In this document: piece after piece, positions 38,089 through 51,800 of the stretch | How the letters are laid out: each line of letters begins with the position of its first letter | Numbering within the stretch: position 1 is the stretch's first letter | Assembly (NCBI RefSeq): GCF_037042905.1 | Contig: NC_087251.1 | Coordinates: forward strand, 37,450,001 to 37,514,000 | DNA from: Lytechinus pictus | Taxonomy: Eukaryota | Length of the DNA stretch: 64,000 bases | Direction of reading: 5' to 3' | Notes under the pieces: generated by a model | The model's database searches: none | What the model saw: only the letters and a program-made list of their open reading frames with translations | Told to the model about the DNA's origin: nothing | Translations under genes and position numbers: made by a program

Positions 38089-39782
38089 ACTCACAATTTC
38101 TTTTTTTTTTTATTGTTTAGACTATACAATATTTCAATTTTTATAAATTTGACAAGAAGGACCAACTTGACTGAACCATAAAATGTTGAACGAGGGTAAT
38201 TTCACATGTCCAGGGAGAAATAAAACTTTGTTTCACAGTATAATGAGGAGAAAATTTGAATATTTAAAATTTCATATAATAAAATACAAAAGAAATAGGG
38301 AGTGAGTGATGTCATCAGTTCCCTCATTTGCATACCGGCCAGGATGTGCATATAACTATTTTCTGAAATCAAGCGAAACTTAAAAATGTCATAACTTCCT
38401 TATTTCTTCATCCGATTTTGATGAAATTTTCAGTGTTATGCTAGTTGGATTTTTCTCTTTTTATTCAAATCAACTTTTTGTTGGGGTGGACTTGTCCTTT
38501 AAGTTCTGTATTGAGCAAGATATATATTAATCACCAAAAAGTCAAATGTGAGCGCGAAGCGCGAGCGAATTTTGTACTGTATAGTGACATGAAATGTTTC
38601 TAAAATTATTTTCCAAGTCTTCCCCTCATCTTATTTTATTCACTCGTCTTCCTCCTCTTATGTTTCCCCTTCTTTTTTCTCCTCTCTCTTTCCTTTTTTT
38701 TTTTCTTTATTTTCCCTTTTCTTAATTTTTTTTGCTCCGACAATAGGGGGGGGGGGCCGGGCCCCTCGGGCCCCCCTGGATCCGCCTATGTAAACAATTG
38801 ATGCGAGCGCGAAGCGCGAGCTAAAAAAATGATATTCTGACCCAAAATCTTGGATTCTACTTTTTGAAACGATGAACAAGATGGTAATGTTTCTAATATT
38901 TTTCTTTCTTTTTCTGCCTTTCTTCCTCCTTTCCTTCCTTTTTTTCTTTCTCACTTTTTTTAGGGGGGACCGTCCCCTCCACCTGAAATTTAGGGGGGAT
39001 GTGTCCCCCCGACCCGCTTCCGGCGCCTATGGTTTTTGTGCAAGCTGACGGGCCAGTACTTTGATGAACATTATTTGCCCGTTTTGCTGGCGGGTGTAAA
39101 CGAATCGCCTGGCTGGATTCCAGTGGCATAATGAGCCAATACTTTTTTATGGGATATGGCGCATCGGGCAAAATTCATTTTAAAAAAATGAGAGCGAGAG
39201 CGAGAGAAGCGAGCTATTACAAAATCCAATTTGTGATAAGTTTTTGACATTCAAAAAAATTTTCACCCTTCTCTCTTTCCATTTCTCTTTTTTTGGGGGG
39301 GCCTAAGCGCCCCAAGCCCCCACCCAAGTACGTTACTGCGATCGGGACTGCGTATGCGATACTGCCTAATTTTATGACAAAGGCGGATCAAATCAATTTC
39401 CAGGCGACTAGGTCCGGCGGAACAAAATACTGACATAAACATTTTTATTGTGACACTGGTCGAGCTATACCTTGCGGTATCTGCGCTAGAAATTCTCACT
39501 GTTCATTGGTTTGACTGATTTGCCTCCGGGTTTCCACGGGGTCTGGCCGAGTTGTCTCGGTGTTTGTGATAGGAGGACGTATATATTTCATTAGGATTGA
39601 TAGCGCGGCAGTGATTAAAGCTAAAAATACGGCGAAAAAGCGCACGCAGATCTACGTGCGGGAAATTGAAAAATCATCACATTATTCGCCCCTTTGCCTT
39701 GGTTGCAGAAATGACGAAATATAAGCCCTTTTTTTACAGAAATGACGAAATCAATCGTATGAGACGAACGTCAAAACATTAG

Positions 39783-39831
39783 ATGGAAAACCTGTCTGTG
39801 AATCCACGGATAATTACAGCCTTGAAAAGGG
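39783..39831 (+). CDS. XRCC3: XRCC3 coding exon 1
   Basis: MENLSVNPRIITALKR; in-frame TAG directly before the ATG; donor G|GTAATT. Confidence 0.88.
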
Positions 39832-42800
39832 GTAATTATTTCACGAATCTTACATTTTTATGTGAAATTCATGTTTTGTTTACTGACTTCAGTTTAGTCC
39901 CACATGATAAAAAAATATGTTGGGAACTGTTGGATCTATGACTGTTAATTTAAGAAAGGTAAGCTAGAATCCTTTAACCCAGGGAGCCCACGACTTGTCC
40001 GTGTAACACTAGGCGGACATGTGCTCTCCAAAATGGGTATGGGGTTGCAATAGCACTCAAAATAATGCTTGTGTGAGTGGGAAAATATAAATCATGCACT
40101 TACTTACCTCGTCCTCATGCGATTTTTTGTTCTCCTTTTTTTTTTAGGAGCGCGGTAGAGGAGCGCCAGCACTATCGCGCTCCTCAAAAATGAAGGTCTG
40201 ATTGTATATTCTATGCATAGAATCCTTCATTTTGGTGTTGTTTATTTCTGGGGTTTTTCTTCCAGCTAATCTTCGAAGCTTTGAATCAGTACTTCATCTT
40301 TCTCCCGCTGATCTTGGGAGATGCACTAAGTTGTCCTCAAGAGATGTCTCTGTTATTATCAAGGCTGTTTCAGAGGAGGTTTACAAAATTAAATACACCA
40401 CAGGTAATGTAGATCTGTTGATATATTGACCGTCAGAACACCCAAACTGCTTATTATCATATACTGGCTCGCTCAGAGTCGGAATGGGGTACCACAGATA
40501 TTCTATGATGTAAGGCCAATATTGCATGGTTCGACTATAAATAAGTCATCCAGTAAAAGTTTTATTTATACCAAAACAAAAATCAAAAAGCCCTTACAAG
40601 CCATCCAATAAAAGTAGTATTTATTGACCACCCCCCCCAAAAAAAAAACTTATTGCACTCAGTTAATATGGCCCCACTTCATGAAATCATTTTATAACGG
40701 AAATCCGACCACATTTATCTCTTTATGACGTTATTTATTACCATTGCGCATTGCATTGCCTATATGGTACCATGAGCTCATTATATTTCACCAGTAATAA
40801 CATAAAATATAAATTGATATCTTCTGTGTAATATTTCCTATTAGATTATTGATTGATTCATATTTATATCTCCTACCTAAAAATAGTTACTGTGTCAGCT
40901 GTTATATTTTTGAAAGGGCATTATTTTCACGAATTTTGTGAATTGAAGTACGTTGTATTTGATTTGTCATATGTTATACTCATGTTTCTCATTATTTATG
41001 TCACTTTTAATATTCTTGCTTTCTACTTTTAATTTTCTTTCTCTCTCCCTCTTTCTCTGTCTTCCTCTCCCCATCTTTCTCTTTTTCTCACTCTCTCTCC
41101 CCCTCTCTCTTCCTCTCACCCTCTTTCTCTCTGTCTCTCTTCTACCCCATTCCTCCATTATAGCTTTGACTCTGTCAAAACAAAGCAAAGAAGACCTCCT
41201 GGATCCGACTCACCTGACCACGGGGTGTCCGATCCTCGATGACTTCCTCCATGGTGGCATCCTGGTAAAGGGAATAACCGAAGTAGCAGGGCAGAGTGCT
41301 GCAGGGAAGACACAGTTCTGTCTTCAGCTCTGTCTTACAGCACAGCTGCCCATCCAACAGGGTGGTCTTGCTTGTGGTGAGCAGTCCATCAGTAAACACT
41401 ATGGCCCGTATTCTGAAGTCTGGTTTAATTTAAACTCTGGTTTTAAGTTGTGGTTTAACTATGGAAATCCAGTTGTTACATAAGTCTATAACAGTAGAGG
41501 TTCAATGTATCAGCTCATTTGACTCCCAAAACATTATTATCTGCCTGGGAAGGATAGGTATGACACTTATCTTTGCCATTAAGGAATTAGAAAAGAGCAC
41601 TGTAACCATGAGAAACATTCACTGTAAACAAATTTTTGAAATGTTTGGCTTCCCATAATTTTAGCGCAGAGTTAGACCATGGTCTAAGTTAAACCCGACT
41701 TCAGAATACGGGCCTATGGCCCGTATTCTGAAGTCGGGCTTAATTTGAATTTTAATATGTCACATTAATATTACTGAAAAAATAATAGATTTTCCTTTTT
41801 AATCTTTAAGATACCGGTAATATGAAAGAGCTTTGTTTAGTGTGAATGACTGCAGAGTAATCCCCAGACACAATAATAGGAGTATTGTGTTGCTTTGCAA
41901 AGCAAGTACTGTCAGCAATAAAGAGATAACGTATTATTACTATTGTATAGATAATAAGTACAATTGCACAAAAGTGTGTCTGTGGTACATCATGGACCTA
42001 TGAAAAGATGGATGATTAACACAAGCATTTCTTTGATCCAATGATAGTCACCGTCACCTGGTTATGCGCATCTTAATGAGAACATACAGGTGTTGTAACC
42101 ATAGCAATTACCGTGACTACCAAGGGTATCTGATCACTCAAAGACAGAACAGTTTCCCGGTCTTGATTTTTGTTGGCTGATACCCTGTTTCAGCATGTGC
42201 CTTTCAGTCAACATGCTTCATATATGGAGCAGCAAACTTGAGAAGCAGACGATTTTTATGATATAAAATATGATATTCAATCCGCTAACTACCGCTCGCA
42301 CATAAGGACCTCAATAACATTGAGAGATACACGATCTATACATGCTATGTGCCACGTCTATCTGGAATATTATGGAGAAACTTGGGAAAATTGAATTTTA
42401 AATGGTAAACCATCAATCACAATATTGCCTCTATATTAAAATATGCAGACATTTCCCCAAATAAAACACATGGAACTAAGATTAACAAAGGTAAACAAAA
42501 ACTGCACATTGATTTTTCATTATTTCATTGATTTGTTATCAACTGCGCATATAATTTGTGAAATATAAATGTCCGATCACGAACTGCTTCAGTCCCTACT
42601 CATGGTGACGATCATAGGACCAAAGAAGATTAGTACGAAGAGAATGTTATTCAGATGACAATTACAGTCACCTGTTACTGAATTCATTATCTAAGCAATG
42701 AATGTCCATCTTTTCATGGGTACATTAAGGGTTAAACTCTGGTCTAAAATTATGGTTTATATGGCTAGCCAGTTGTGACATAAATCTCTAACAGTAGAGG

Positions 42801-45800
42801 TTGAGTGTATCAGCTCATTTGACTCTCAAAACAATCTTAACTGTCTGGGAGGGATAAATTAGATAGTAGTCTTCATCATTATAAAAGAAGTAGGAAAAAG
42901 CACAGTAAACGTGAGAAGCAGCTCAGAAAAAGCTTGATCTTAGAGTTATGACATAAGAAACAACCTTCTTTTTGCCTGGAAAGAACACTCAATAGGAATT
43001 AGGAGACTATTTTAATGAAATATTAGATTACCACCATTGCCATTTTTCTAAAGCACATCTTTTTTTCTGAGCTGCCCTCAAAATGATTTAAATTTTCAGA
43101 TGCAAGGTTTGAACAACTTGGTGATGATATGCAACATTTATGTCAGACTTTCTAGGCACTACATAATATTACCCCAGTTTTATCATAGCTGTCAATAAGA
43201 TGCTTTTAACATTTCAAGGAAGAAATTATTGTTGCATACCCATTTACAGAGTTGCAAACTAGTAGGATTTTATGGGAAAAGTGACACTGAAAACAATTTT
43301 TCCCCTGAAAAAAGGATTTGTGAAAATTGTAAGAATGGTGACCTTTTGGTATGTTTTTCAAAGTTTTAAAGAAAATAGGTAAAACAGAAATAAGGAATGG
43401 GATTTTTTTTTACAATTAAGTTTGGCAGCTCAGCGTATACCTCAACAGGTTTGATTGTGACAAGTGTATTTCAAACACCTTACCAAAGGATGTCGGTGCA
43501 TCAGCAAAAATCAAACCCCGAACCTTGTGATCTATAATCTGGTTACATATCCACTAGACCATGACACCACTACACCTAGTTTACCAGCGACATTGAACCA
43601 TTTAAGAAAAATATCAGTAATAAATAAAGTATATAACATTGCGTATTAATTTTGATGTTTTTCACAGGTGTGGTTTATGTTTGTACTGAAGATGTCTTCC
43701 CAAGCAAGAGGTTACAGCAACTGATCTCATCGTTCAACAGGAAGATTGAGCCTTCTCTTGCAAAGCAGCTGGCTGTAGGGGATCATATTTACGTTGAGCA
43801 TGTAGCAGAGAAGGTAAAAATACTCTCATAGAGTACTTAAGTGCGTTGTCATCAATATTCTTTTTATTCAATTCAGCATGTTCATGACCATATTTTGATA
43901 GAGCCAAATTTTTTTTCATGATGGCCCAAGGTTTGGCCATATCAAAACCTAATAGGCCTTATTGAAATCAGTGTAAATTGGGAAAAATAGGTATTCATAT
44001 GGCCACATCGTGAGACCATATGGACCCATGCTCACCAGATTTGGATAGTGGATATTCCGTATACTGTATCAGAGACAATGAAATATAAAGAAACATTTTT
44101 GTTCTGTCATTGCTTCGGTACTCATTTTATTGTTGTTGTCTTATTTACATTTTTGTAGGGGGATGAAAGGATCCTAATTTTCTAGTTTTTAAATCAAGAT
44201 GTTTTTCTTTTATTATGATCATTAAATATTGATCTGTTAATAGAGAAAAGTCCCTCGCTTTTATCTTGTGGTGATTCATGTAATCACCCACCTGATATAA
44301 TTTTTTTTTTTCTTTTAACAAAAATGTAATGCCCAGTAGAGCAATAAAAGTACAATGTCAGTCTTGGGATTTCATTCGAGCAGGGATTCATAGGCAACTT
44401 AAGTTCTCTTTTCTTACTTCTTTATTTATGTTCTTTTATGTATGTTCTTTTATGTATGGATTTCATAATTTCATTAACTGGTTATCTGGCAACCCTTTGT
44501 TTGATTGTTTTTGTTTTTCTCCTGATTTTTAAGAACCTCTGGTTGACTTTTTATTGCATAGACCTGCAACATCTCATATTTTGTAAAATTTGTAATGGAC
44601 ACATGGATGTATTCACCTACATATCATCATACAAAGAGATGAAATCAAGTGTAAAATTGTTTTCTATTTGATTTTTGCTCTGAAGAATTACCGTTAACCT
44701 CATATTTTTTCTATAGGATCAACTGTGGCACTGCCTTGAGAAACGTCTCCCCCTCCTGCTGTCCAGAGGTATGGTGAAACTCGCCGTGGTCGACTCGTTG
44801 GCAGCCATATTTAGGAGTGAGTTTGAGCTGCGAGACACGGTGAAACGAGCAAGGGAGCTTCAGCGTGTTGGTGCCCATCTACATAGGCTTAGCTCCCAGT
44901 ACAATGCTGCTGTAGTTTGCGTGAACCAGGTGAGCAATTAAGGTCACACCCGGGGAACAGACTCAAGACCTACCAAAAGTATTATGTTATTTCCAGTGTC
45001 ATATGATTGGTCGGTTTGAAGTTGGTTCCAATGGTGAAACTGCAGCATAATCAAGCAGGAGGGAGCAGTTAATTTATTCTTTTCCAATATTGCCATTGAT
45101 GTTCAGTGTCGTGAAACAATGCATTATGGGATTTTTGGCTCTTTTTTTTGGTAAAGTACAGTCATGAACATGAAGTTATGGGTTTAGATCCTGGCCCAGT
45201 CATAAAAAATAATGTATTTTTTGGATATGGGTGAATCTACCTAAGTCAAACCCACTAGAACCACAGAAATCTGCTTGACTTAGGAAAAGTTTGACTTAAA
45301 ATGTGTAAATGATAGCTCATGCTTGCATATTATGAAGAGAAAAAAATGCTTTGACTTAGGCAGTTGTTGGACTTTTTGAAGGTTGACTGAAACAGATTCT
45401 ATTGTATGCCTGATTTAAACCTTATGGTTCTAATTCTTTTATGTTCTTACTAGAGAACCTAGGAACAAGCTATTCAATTCAGCAATAATTGGAATCTAGT
45501 TTGATACATTAGCCAGCTTTTGTATTGTCAAAACAACCATTGTTTCAAAAGTATGTATATGGTATGAAAATATTACTGAACAGGTCATATTTGATTTTTA
45601 AATTACTTGTCTAAAAGAATTGAACAGTTGATTAAAGGTATAGTGTATGATTGGTTGATCTCAGACAAGGGCAATGAATCAATTTTGAAATTATTACATT
45701 CATTAAATACCTATATTATTGCTCTATTTTATCACGGAAAAGAAACTTGCATAACTTTTATATTTTCATGATATTGAGGGGTGAAACATATATTATAACA

Positions 45801-48800
45801 AATATCGGTTAATCGATATAAGTTTGAACTTTCTTATTGACGCCCTCTCGGGTTAAAAAATAAATTGATATTAGAACACCGTTCGAATCATGCATATTCA
45901 TTACGACTCATGCATATTGATGAAATACGTCATGGCGCATGCGCAGTATCAAGAAATCCCCGTATCAACAAAGTGCAGTACTCTGTGTGTGTAGCTGAGT
46001 AGAAAGCAAACATCGAACGGTGCGTGCAAGCTCAATGAGCCGATGCTAGGCGGCTAGCGACATGCTTGCGCTCTGCATTAGTTTCAGATATAATCCACTA
46101 TTTGCGATAGCACACACAGGATAAGAATACTATATTGAGCTATATCCATAAATGTATCGTACGCGTGAAAAAGGATTCAGACACGTTGATTATCTGACGT
46201 GAATGACGAAGCAAAGGATTGCCCAATACGGCTTACTTTCGGACTCTTATGTCATGAATCTGAAAGTACTCCAAGACTAAAAGAGATACGAGAATCCCAG
46301 AGATGGGCAAGGGCCGAGTTCCGAATTTGATCTTTATTCATGTGGATTGTAGCTCTTTTATGCACCTTTCCCTTCATGTATAGCTTGGCGTGATACATAT
46401 ACGGGAACTACAGCGAGGCGCTATAGCGCAGCTCACTGTATGTATACTCTATACTCTGTATACTGACTCCCTGGCCCTCCCCAAAGGAAAGGGGGAGGGA
46501 GGAGAGAGAAGAAAGAAAGAAGTGGATTGGTGAAAGAGAATCAGGAGAGCCATCATAAAGGGATATGGATACAACATACCCTAATTTGATATTTTGGTGT
46601 TTTTTATCTTTCCTGAATGTTTCAGTCAGTTTCAGATTATTTAGATCCACTCGCAAAGTACAGAGGAGAAATTGGAAAAAAAAGTTAGACCAAAAATATT
46701 TAAAACTCTAAACAGACGGCCACCACCATTCTGTCTACAGCCAAGCATGAAGGGAAAGGGCGAAGAGAAAAACGATTACTTTCAGAGCAGGTTCTACGAT
46801 ATAAAACAGGGTTTGTTTAATACGGGGTTAAATATAGGCCTATAGTAAAACATAACGAAGATGCAATCATATAGGCCTATAGTAAAACATAACGAATATG
46901 CAACCCCAATGCGGGGTTAAATATAGGCCTATAGTAAAACATAACGAAGATACAATCCCAATGCAACACTTGATTACTCTTCGTTTGTTTAGATTGAACT
47001 CGCGAGGTCAAAAGGTGAGCTGAGAAACCTGTTGATGCGAAGTACGTACGTGTAGTCTACATTGTGTAGACCGTGATAGCATGAATGTGACAAACGTACG
47101 CATCAAGTTGCTAATTTCTGTTATTTCTGTTGCCGAGGTTTTTACCTGACTGCTAAGAAAGCACGAATGCCTGTGAGCAAGCAACCAGGGGACCAACGGC
47201 TCAAGGTCGAACAAGCAGAGTAAAGGCGTCATGAGTAAAAAAATGAGGGGGGGGGCAGACATGACGTCAGGGACAAGATTTCTGGGAAAACTCTTATTTT
47301 TGCATCCACACAAGAAAGCTTGCATCGAGATATGGAAAAATGAGAAGTTGAGTATTGCGCGGTGCACGTGCTTCAGAGTTGTGATTTCCAGGGCCGACCA
47401 GCATGTAGAGTCTTACAACAGAACTTTACAAGGCACGCCGTGGGGCAAAGTGCAACAACGTATGTGAACGAAGACTAAGCAAACCTGGAGAAGCAGCAAG
47501 GTGCAACATGTACAAGGGAATTGTGCATGTACATTACGTCTGCTTTGAAATGTGTACATGGGTCGCCGAGTTTTTATGTAGTATGGGGAGGGGGTGGGGG
47601 TAGCCTATAATGATATAGTAGGGCGCTTTATACTTTATACAATCATGGACCTATTACGTCCATGCTATAATCAAACCATCAGCACGACCGGTGGATGGAT
47701 GACTGAAAGAATGGATGGATAGGCATATATAAATGGATCATCCAATTGATGTATTTTCCCAAGAAATGGATGGTCAAAGAGAAATGGATACAAATGATGC
47801 AGCAATAGATAGGGGCACCCCATGGGAGATCAACTTGCTACCCCTTCATAGACAGTAAACAAGTAGAAAGAATTGATAAAAAGATGAAATTTTATAGCAA
47901 CAAATGAGAGGAAGAAAGGCCTCCGGGAAAGGCCTATACGCATACAGAGTGTGCACGAGCAGTTCAACCGTTGAAAAAATGTGAATGACTGCGACATGAG
48001 CAGGACAAAGACATTACTTGCATCCGGGACTTGCATCTTGATTGGCATAACATTTTAGACTTATTTATCAATGGAATTGTAACTCCCATTTCCCTGCTAT
48101 AACTATAGGAAAAGCGAATGATAACTGTTGTTTTATAGACGTGGAAATTTATGCTTCATATTAGGACCAAAGAGATTCTGGCGTACGTGTCAATATTTCA
48201 AAACTCATGCGGGAAAATAATATAATCATTTTATATGATTGAAAAAAAAGTGCCAAGTTCACACTGTCACGATTTTTTTTTTGGTGGCGGTGCTGAGGAA
48301 AATTTGACAAAGCAAAAGAAAAACATTAAAAAAGGTTCCAATACAAAATGTTGGTAATTTTCCTACATTTATCCAATTCGACACCTATACCAGCATTCCA
48401 GGGGGAGCTGCCTACATGGAAAATAATGCACGCCGCACCCCATTGTAAAATCTTGGGGGTGCTTTGCACCCCCGGTTCCAAGGGCCTTAATTATAATCGC
48501 GGAATAATTAATCGTATCAGATCAGTCGAGGCGATCGTATTGATCGTATAAATAGTTGGAATGGTTCAACTATGTGGTGATGTGGCTTTTTTTGCAGGAT
48601 TTTTTTGCATTTATTGGAATAATATACAAAACAAATTTACAATGCTTGAGACATGATCATAATACAAGTGACAATCGTATATGTAGTGACTGGAGAAATA
48701 CAATATATAAAAAAATATATATATAATGAGTAAAATGCATAGGCAAACTATACAGTAAGCAAATATGTGCTTGAAGCATATAGCAGCCAAAATAAAAATG

Positions 48801-51800
48801 AAATTTCGAAACGAGACAAAAATAAAATTGTTATTTTGGGACAAGCCCCATCTCGCGAGGTTTAATGGGTATACGCTTTTTCTGATCATGGACCCTGATG
48901 TACTTAATTTATGATGATGTAATTAATGCACATGTGCTGCCGATGAAAATATAATATTTTGCCTTTATGGGTTTTTTACAACTCCAGGGGGATCAATGAG
49001 AATACAGTAATAGTTCTGAATACGCACTGAGAGAAGTGAAGGCCGGGGGGGGGGGGGCACTTCCATTGACGAGTGGATACCATGCGCGACCATGGGGTCT
49101 CGAAAAGCACCCAAACACGTATTTTCCATATTCTCAAACTGCACCCCTTAACAAGTATTGGCGTCTCAAACCGACCCTTAACAAGTATTGGAAACAAAAC
49201 GATACTCTTGGCAAGTATTCCCGAAATGAACCCCAGCGATATTTTATTGTTATGTCGGGTCCGTCGGTCGTTGGTTTTACCTTTACACATCATTATTTTG
49301 GTTTAGTACGGCCCCATGCACCTTCCACAACTCGCGCAAGTCGGACTCTAAACACGTAGTGTTGGGGCAAAAAGGACATCCTTTATAAAACATTTTAATT
49401 TAGTTTCATCATCCCCGAAAATATTACCCTAAACACGTAGCTTTCCTAGCAACATAGATACCCTTTTTTTAATATTTTTGTGTTTTTGACAAAAAGACAT
49501 CCTTTTTACGTGTTTTTGGGGTCGCGCATGGTATCCACTCGTCAATGTAAGAGCCCCCCCCCCCCCCCCCCCGCGGAGTGAAGGCAAAGCGGTCATGGAG
49601 CATGCAAGCAAACGAGTAATTATAATTCCTTGAATAGTCATACCATAATAAAGTTGGAGAGGATAATATTGAAATAAATAGAAAAATAACATTAAAAAAT
49701 GCGAACATAAGGAATACACACAACCCCCAACCCAAGGCTAGGAATTGTGTAAACATCGAAAAATACAGAAAGATGTTAGGAACCTTGCTTGAACTATTGG
49801 CGTAAATAATAAACGTAAAATATATGAATTAAGGGGCCAGATATATGTGTCGGGCACAAATCATTTTTTTTCGGTGATAGATTTTGACATTATATTCAGA
49901 TATTAGTTCCCCTTCTCGCTTTCTTTTTGTATTGGCCGTGACAAATTTGGGAATCCATATAGCCCCAATCCTTCCCCATTATTTTGAACGCCACTGATTT
50001 CAACTGGATATCGTCAAAAAATATTGATTGATTGATTTTATTTCGCAAGTCACCATAATATATATACAGTAGCATTAAAAACAACAGGCTTACACAGGAT
50101 GACCCACGAAAGCTCTAAAGCTATTTTCCAGTGGGGAAATAGGCTTTACCTTGTAAATAAATATTACCTTGGAAATAAGCTTTACCTTGTAAATAAATAT
50201 TTACAAGGTAGTCAAACTGACAGCAGATGCAGCGTGTAAACACAGTATGAATTTCATTACATGATAATAATAAAATGATAATTACGTAATGTCATGGGTG
50301 GTGAAACAAGGATGGGACGTTTTGTAATTCGCTACGCAGGCTTTTGATAGTAAAGCTGATGAAATACAGGGTTGAAAGTAAAATAATGAGAAAGACTGAA
50401 ATGAAACGATCTATTCAAAATATAAATTCCATGAAAGAGAAGCGATTCAAACAGAGTATGATATTGCGTTTACATTCCCTTTGATTCATATTATTTTGAT
50501 TCCCTTTCAACAATCTACTTCTTTCTTTATTTCTTCTCTCTCCTCCATGCCCCCCTTCCCTTTCTTGGGGCGGCGGGGATGGGGGGGGGGGTATCGGATA
50601 TGAGAAAGCCTGCAGTTTAGGTGTTATGGCACACTCGGACAAGTTCAATTTAGTGGCCTAGTAGGTCCATTGGTAAATTGCCAAGTCGTCGACTGCCAAG
50701 TGCCAACTTGCACTCACCACATGGTCTGATTTAATTTAGTCCATATCCATTCCGTCCATCAATATTTCGTCGAACAACTATTTGGTCCAGTATCCAATTC
50801 ATTTTCATTCATTTTGCACAATAGCACGTTGTCCAATTAGACCAAATGGTATATGGACTGAATGGCTATTGGACCAACTGGTTACTAGACGATAGTGGAT
50901 GAACATAATTATGGTAGACTTTAATGATAGTAGGCGAGTTGGCAATTTGACGATTTGGCATCAGACGAAATGGAAGTAAACTGATCCATGGACTTATATA
51001 GTATCACACCGGTATAGATAAAGAGGTACAAAAGTGGAAACGATGCCCGACGGACATGCGCATATCCAGGATTTTGCACCACGAGGGGGTCACTATTTTT
51101 GCGCCCCTGTGAACTTTTCGGAAAATTGCACCCCGACCCGACCACTCAGGCAATCAAAGTGCCTAAATGCATTTTGAATTGTCTTATTCCACAACCACGT
51201 GAAAAAGGCAATCGAAGACCATTTTTTTTAATGTGTCCATAGTGTGTCCATGTAAAAAAAGATCAAAGTTGTATCCACTTCTTGAAAAGAATAAATGCGA
51301 CCAGAAAGCATAGAATTTTTAAGCGTTTTGGGGTTTCAATTTAGTTCAACTTTTCATCAGAGTGGTAGACCATACTAAAATTATGTGCGAGAGCTGTAAT
51401 TTCTTAACCGGGGCTAGATCCAGCTTTCGCCAATAGGGGAGGGGGATATTTTCATCTGTTTTCCGATCAAACATTCTACGCTTTTTGCAACCGTGAACAT
51501 GATATGTATATGAATTATTTAAACAATTATTATTGATACGAGCGCGAAACGTGAGCTGAATTTTTTTTATATTCTGACCTAAAATTTGAGGGGAAAAAAA
51601 TCTATGAGCACTTTTGGCAATCAAGAACAGGATGAGTATCTATCAACATTTTATGCGATCACGAAGTGCGAACTGACAATTTTTGAATTCCCAATCCAAC
51701 ACTGGACATCATAAGCACTTTTTATAACCATGAACAGGATGAGTATATAGCTAAATAATTAATGCGAGCGCTAAGCGCGAGTTCAAATTTTTTGATATTC

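Larger units (their letters stand above)
35519..38498. mobile_element. Family A MITE interrupted by a LINE
   Basis: TTAA TSD at 35515-18 and 38499-502; left part ends ...GATGTCCCTCACTCA at 35717 and the MITE resumes ACTCACAATTTC at 38089. Confidence 0.88.
33335..38790. mobile_element. Related TIR element inserted in a repeat unit of 32394-39031
   Basis: Termini CAGGGGCGGAT / ATCCGCCTATG; duplicated TAAAC on both sides; the host repeat unit resumes TAAACAATTGATGCGAGCGC. Confidence 0.72.
32394..39031. mobile_element. hAT-like non-autonomous element with internal GCGAAGC-core tandem repeats; outer shell of the nested stack
   Basis: Termini CATTGGCAGCGGAAGC / GCTTCCGGCGCCTATG; perfect 8-bp TSD GTTTTTGT (32386-93 / 39032-39). 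Confidence 0.8.

Noticed and set aside
40953..41163. Hydrophobic N-terminal extension of the 176-aa ORF
   Set aside because: Intronic CT-rich polypyrimidine tract upstream of the exon 3 acceptor.
47008..47467. ORFs inside the putative large Kolobok-like element as transposase or THAP remnants
   Set aside because: No recognisable motif in either strand's translation.
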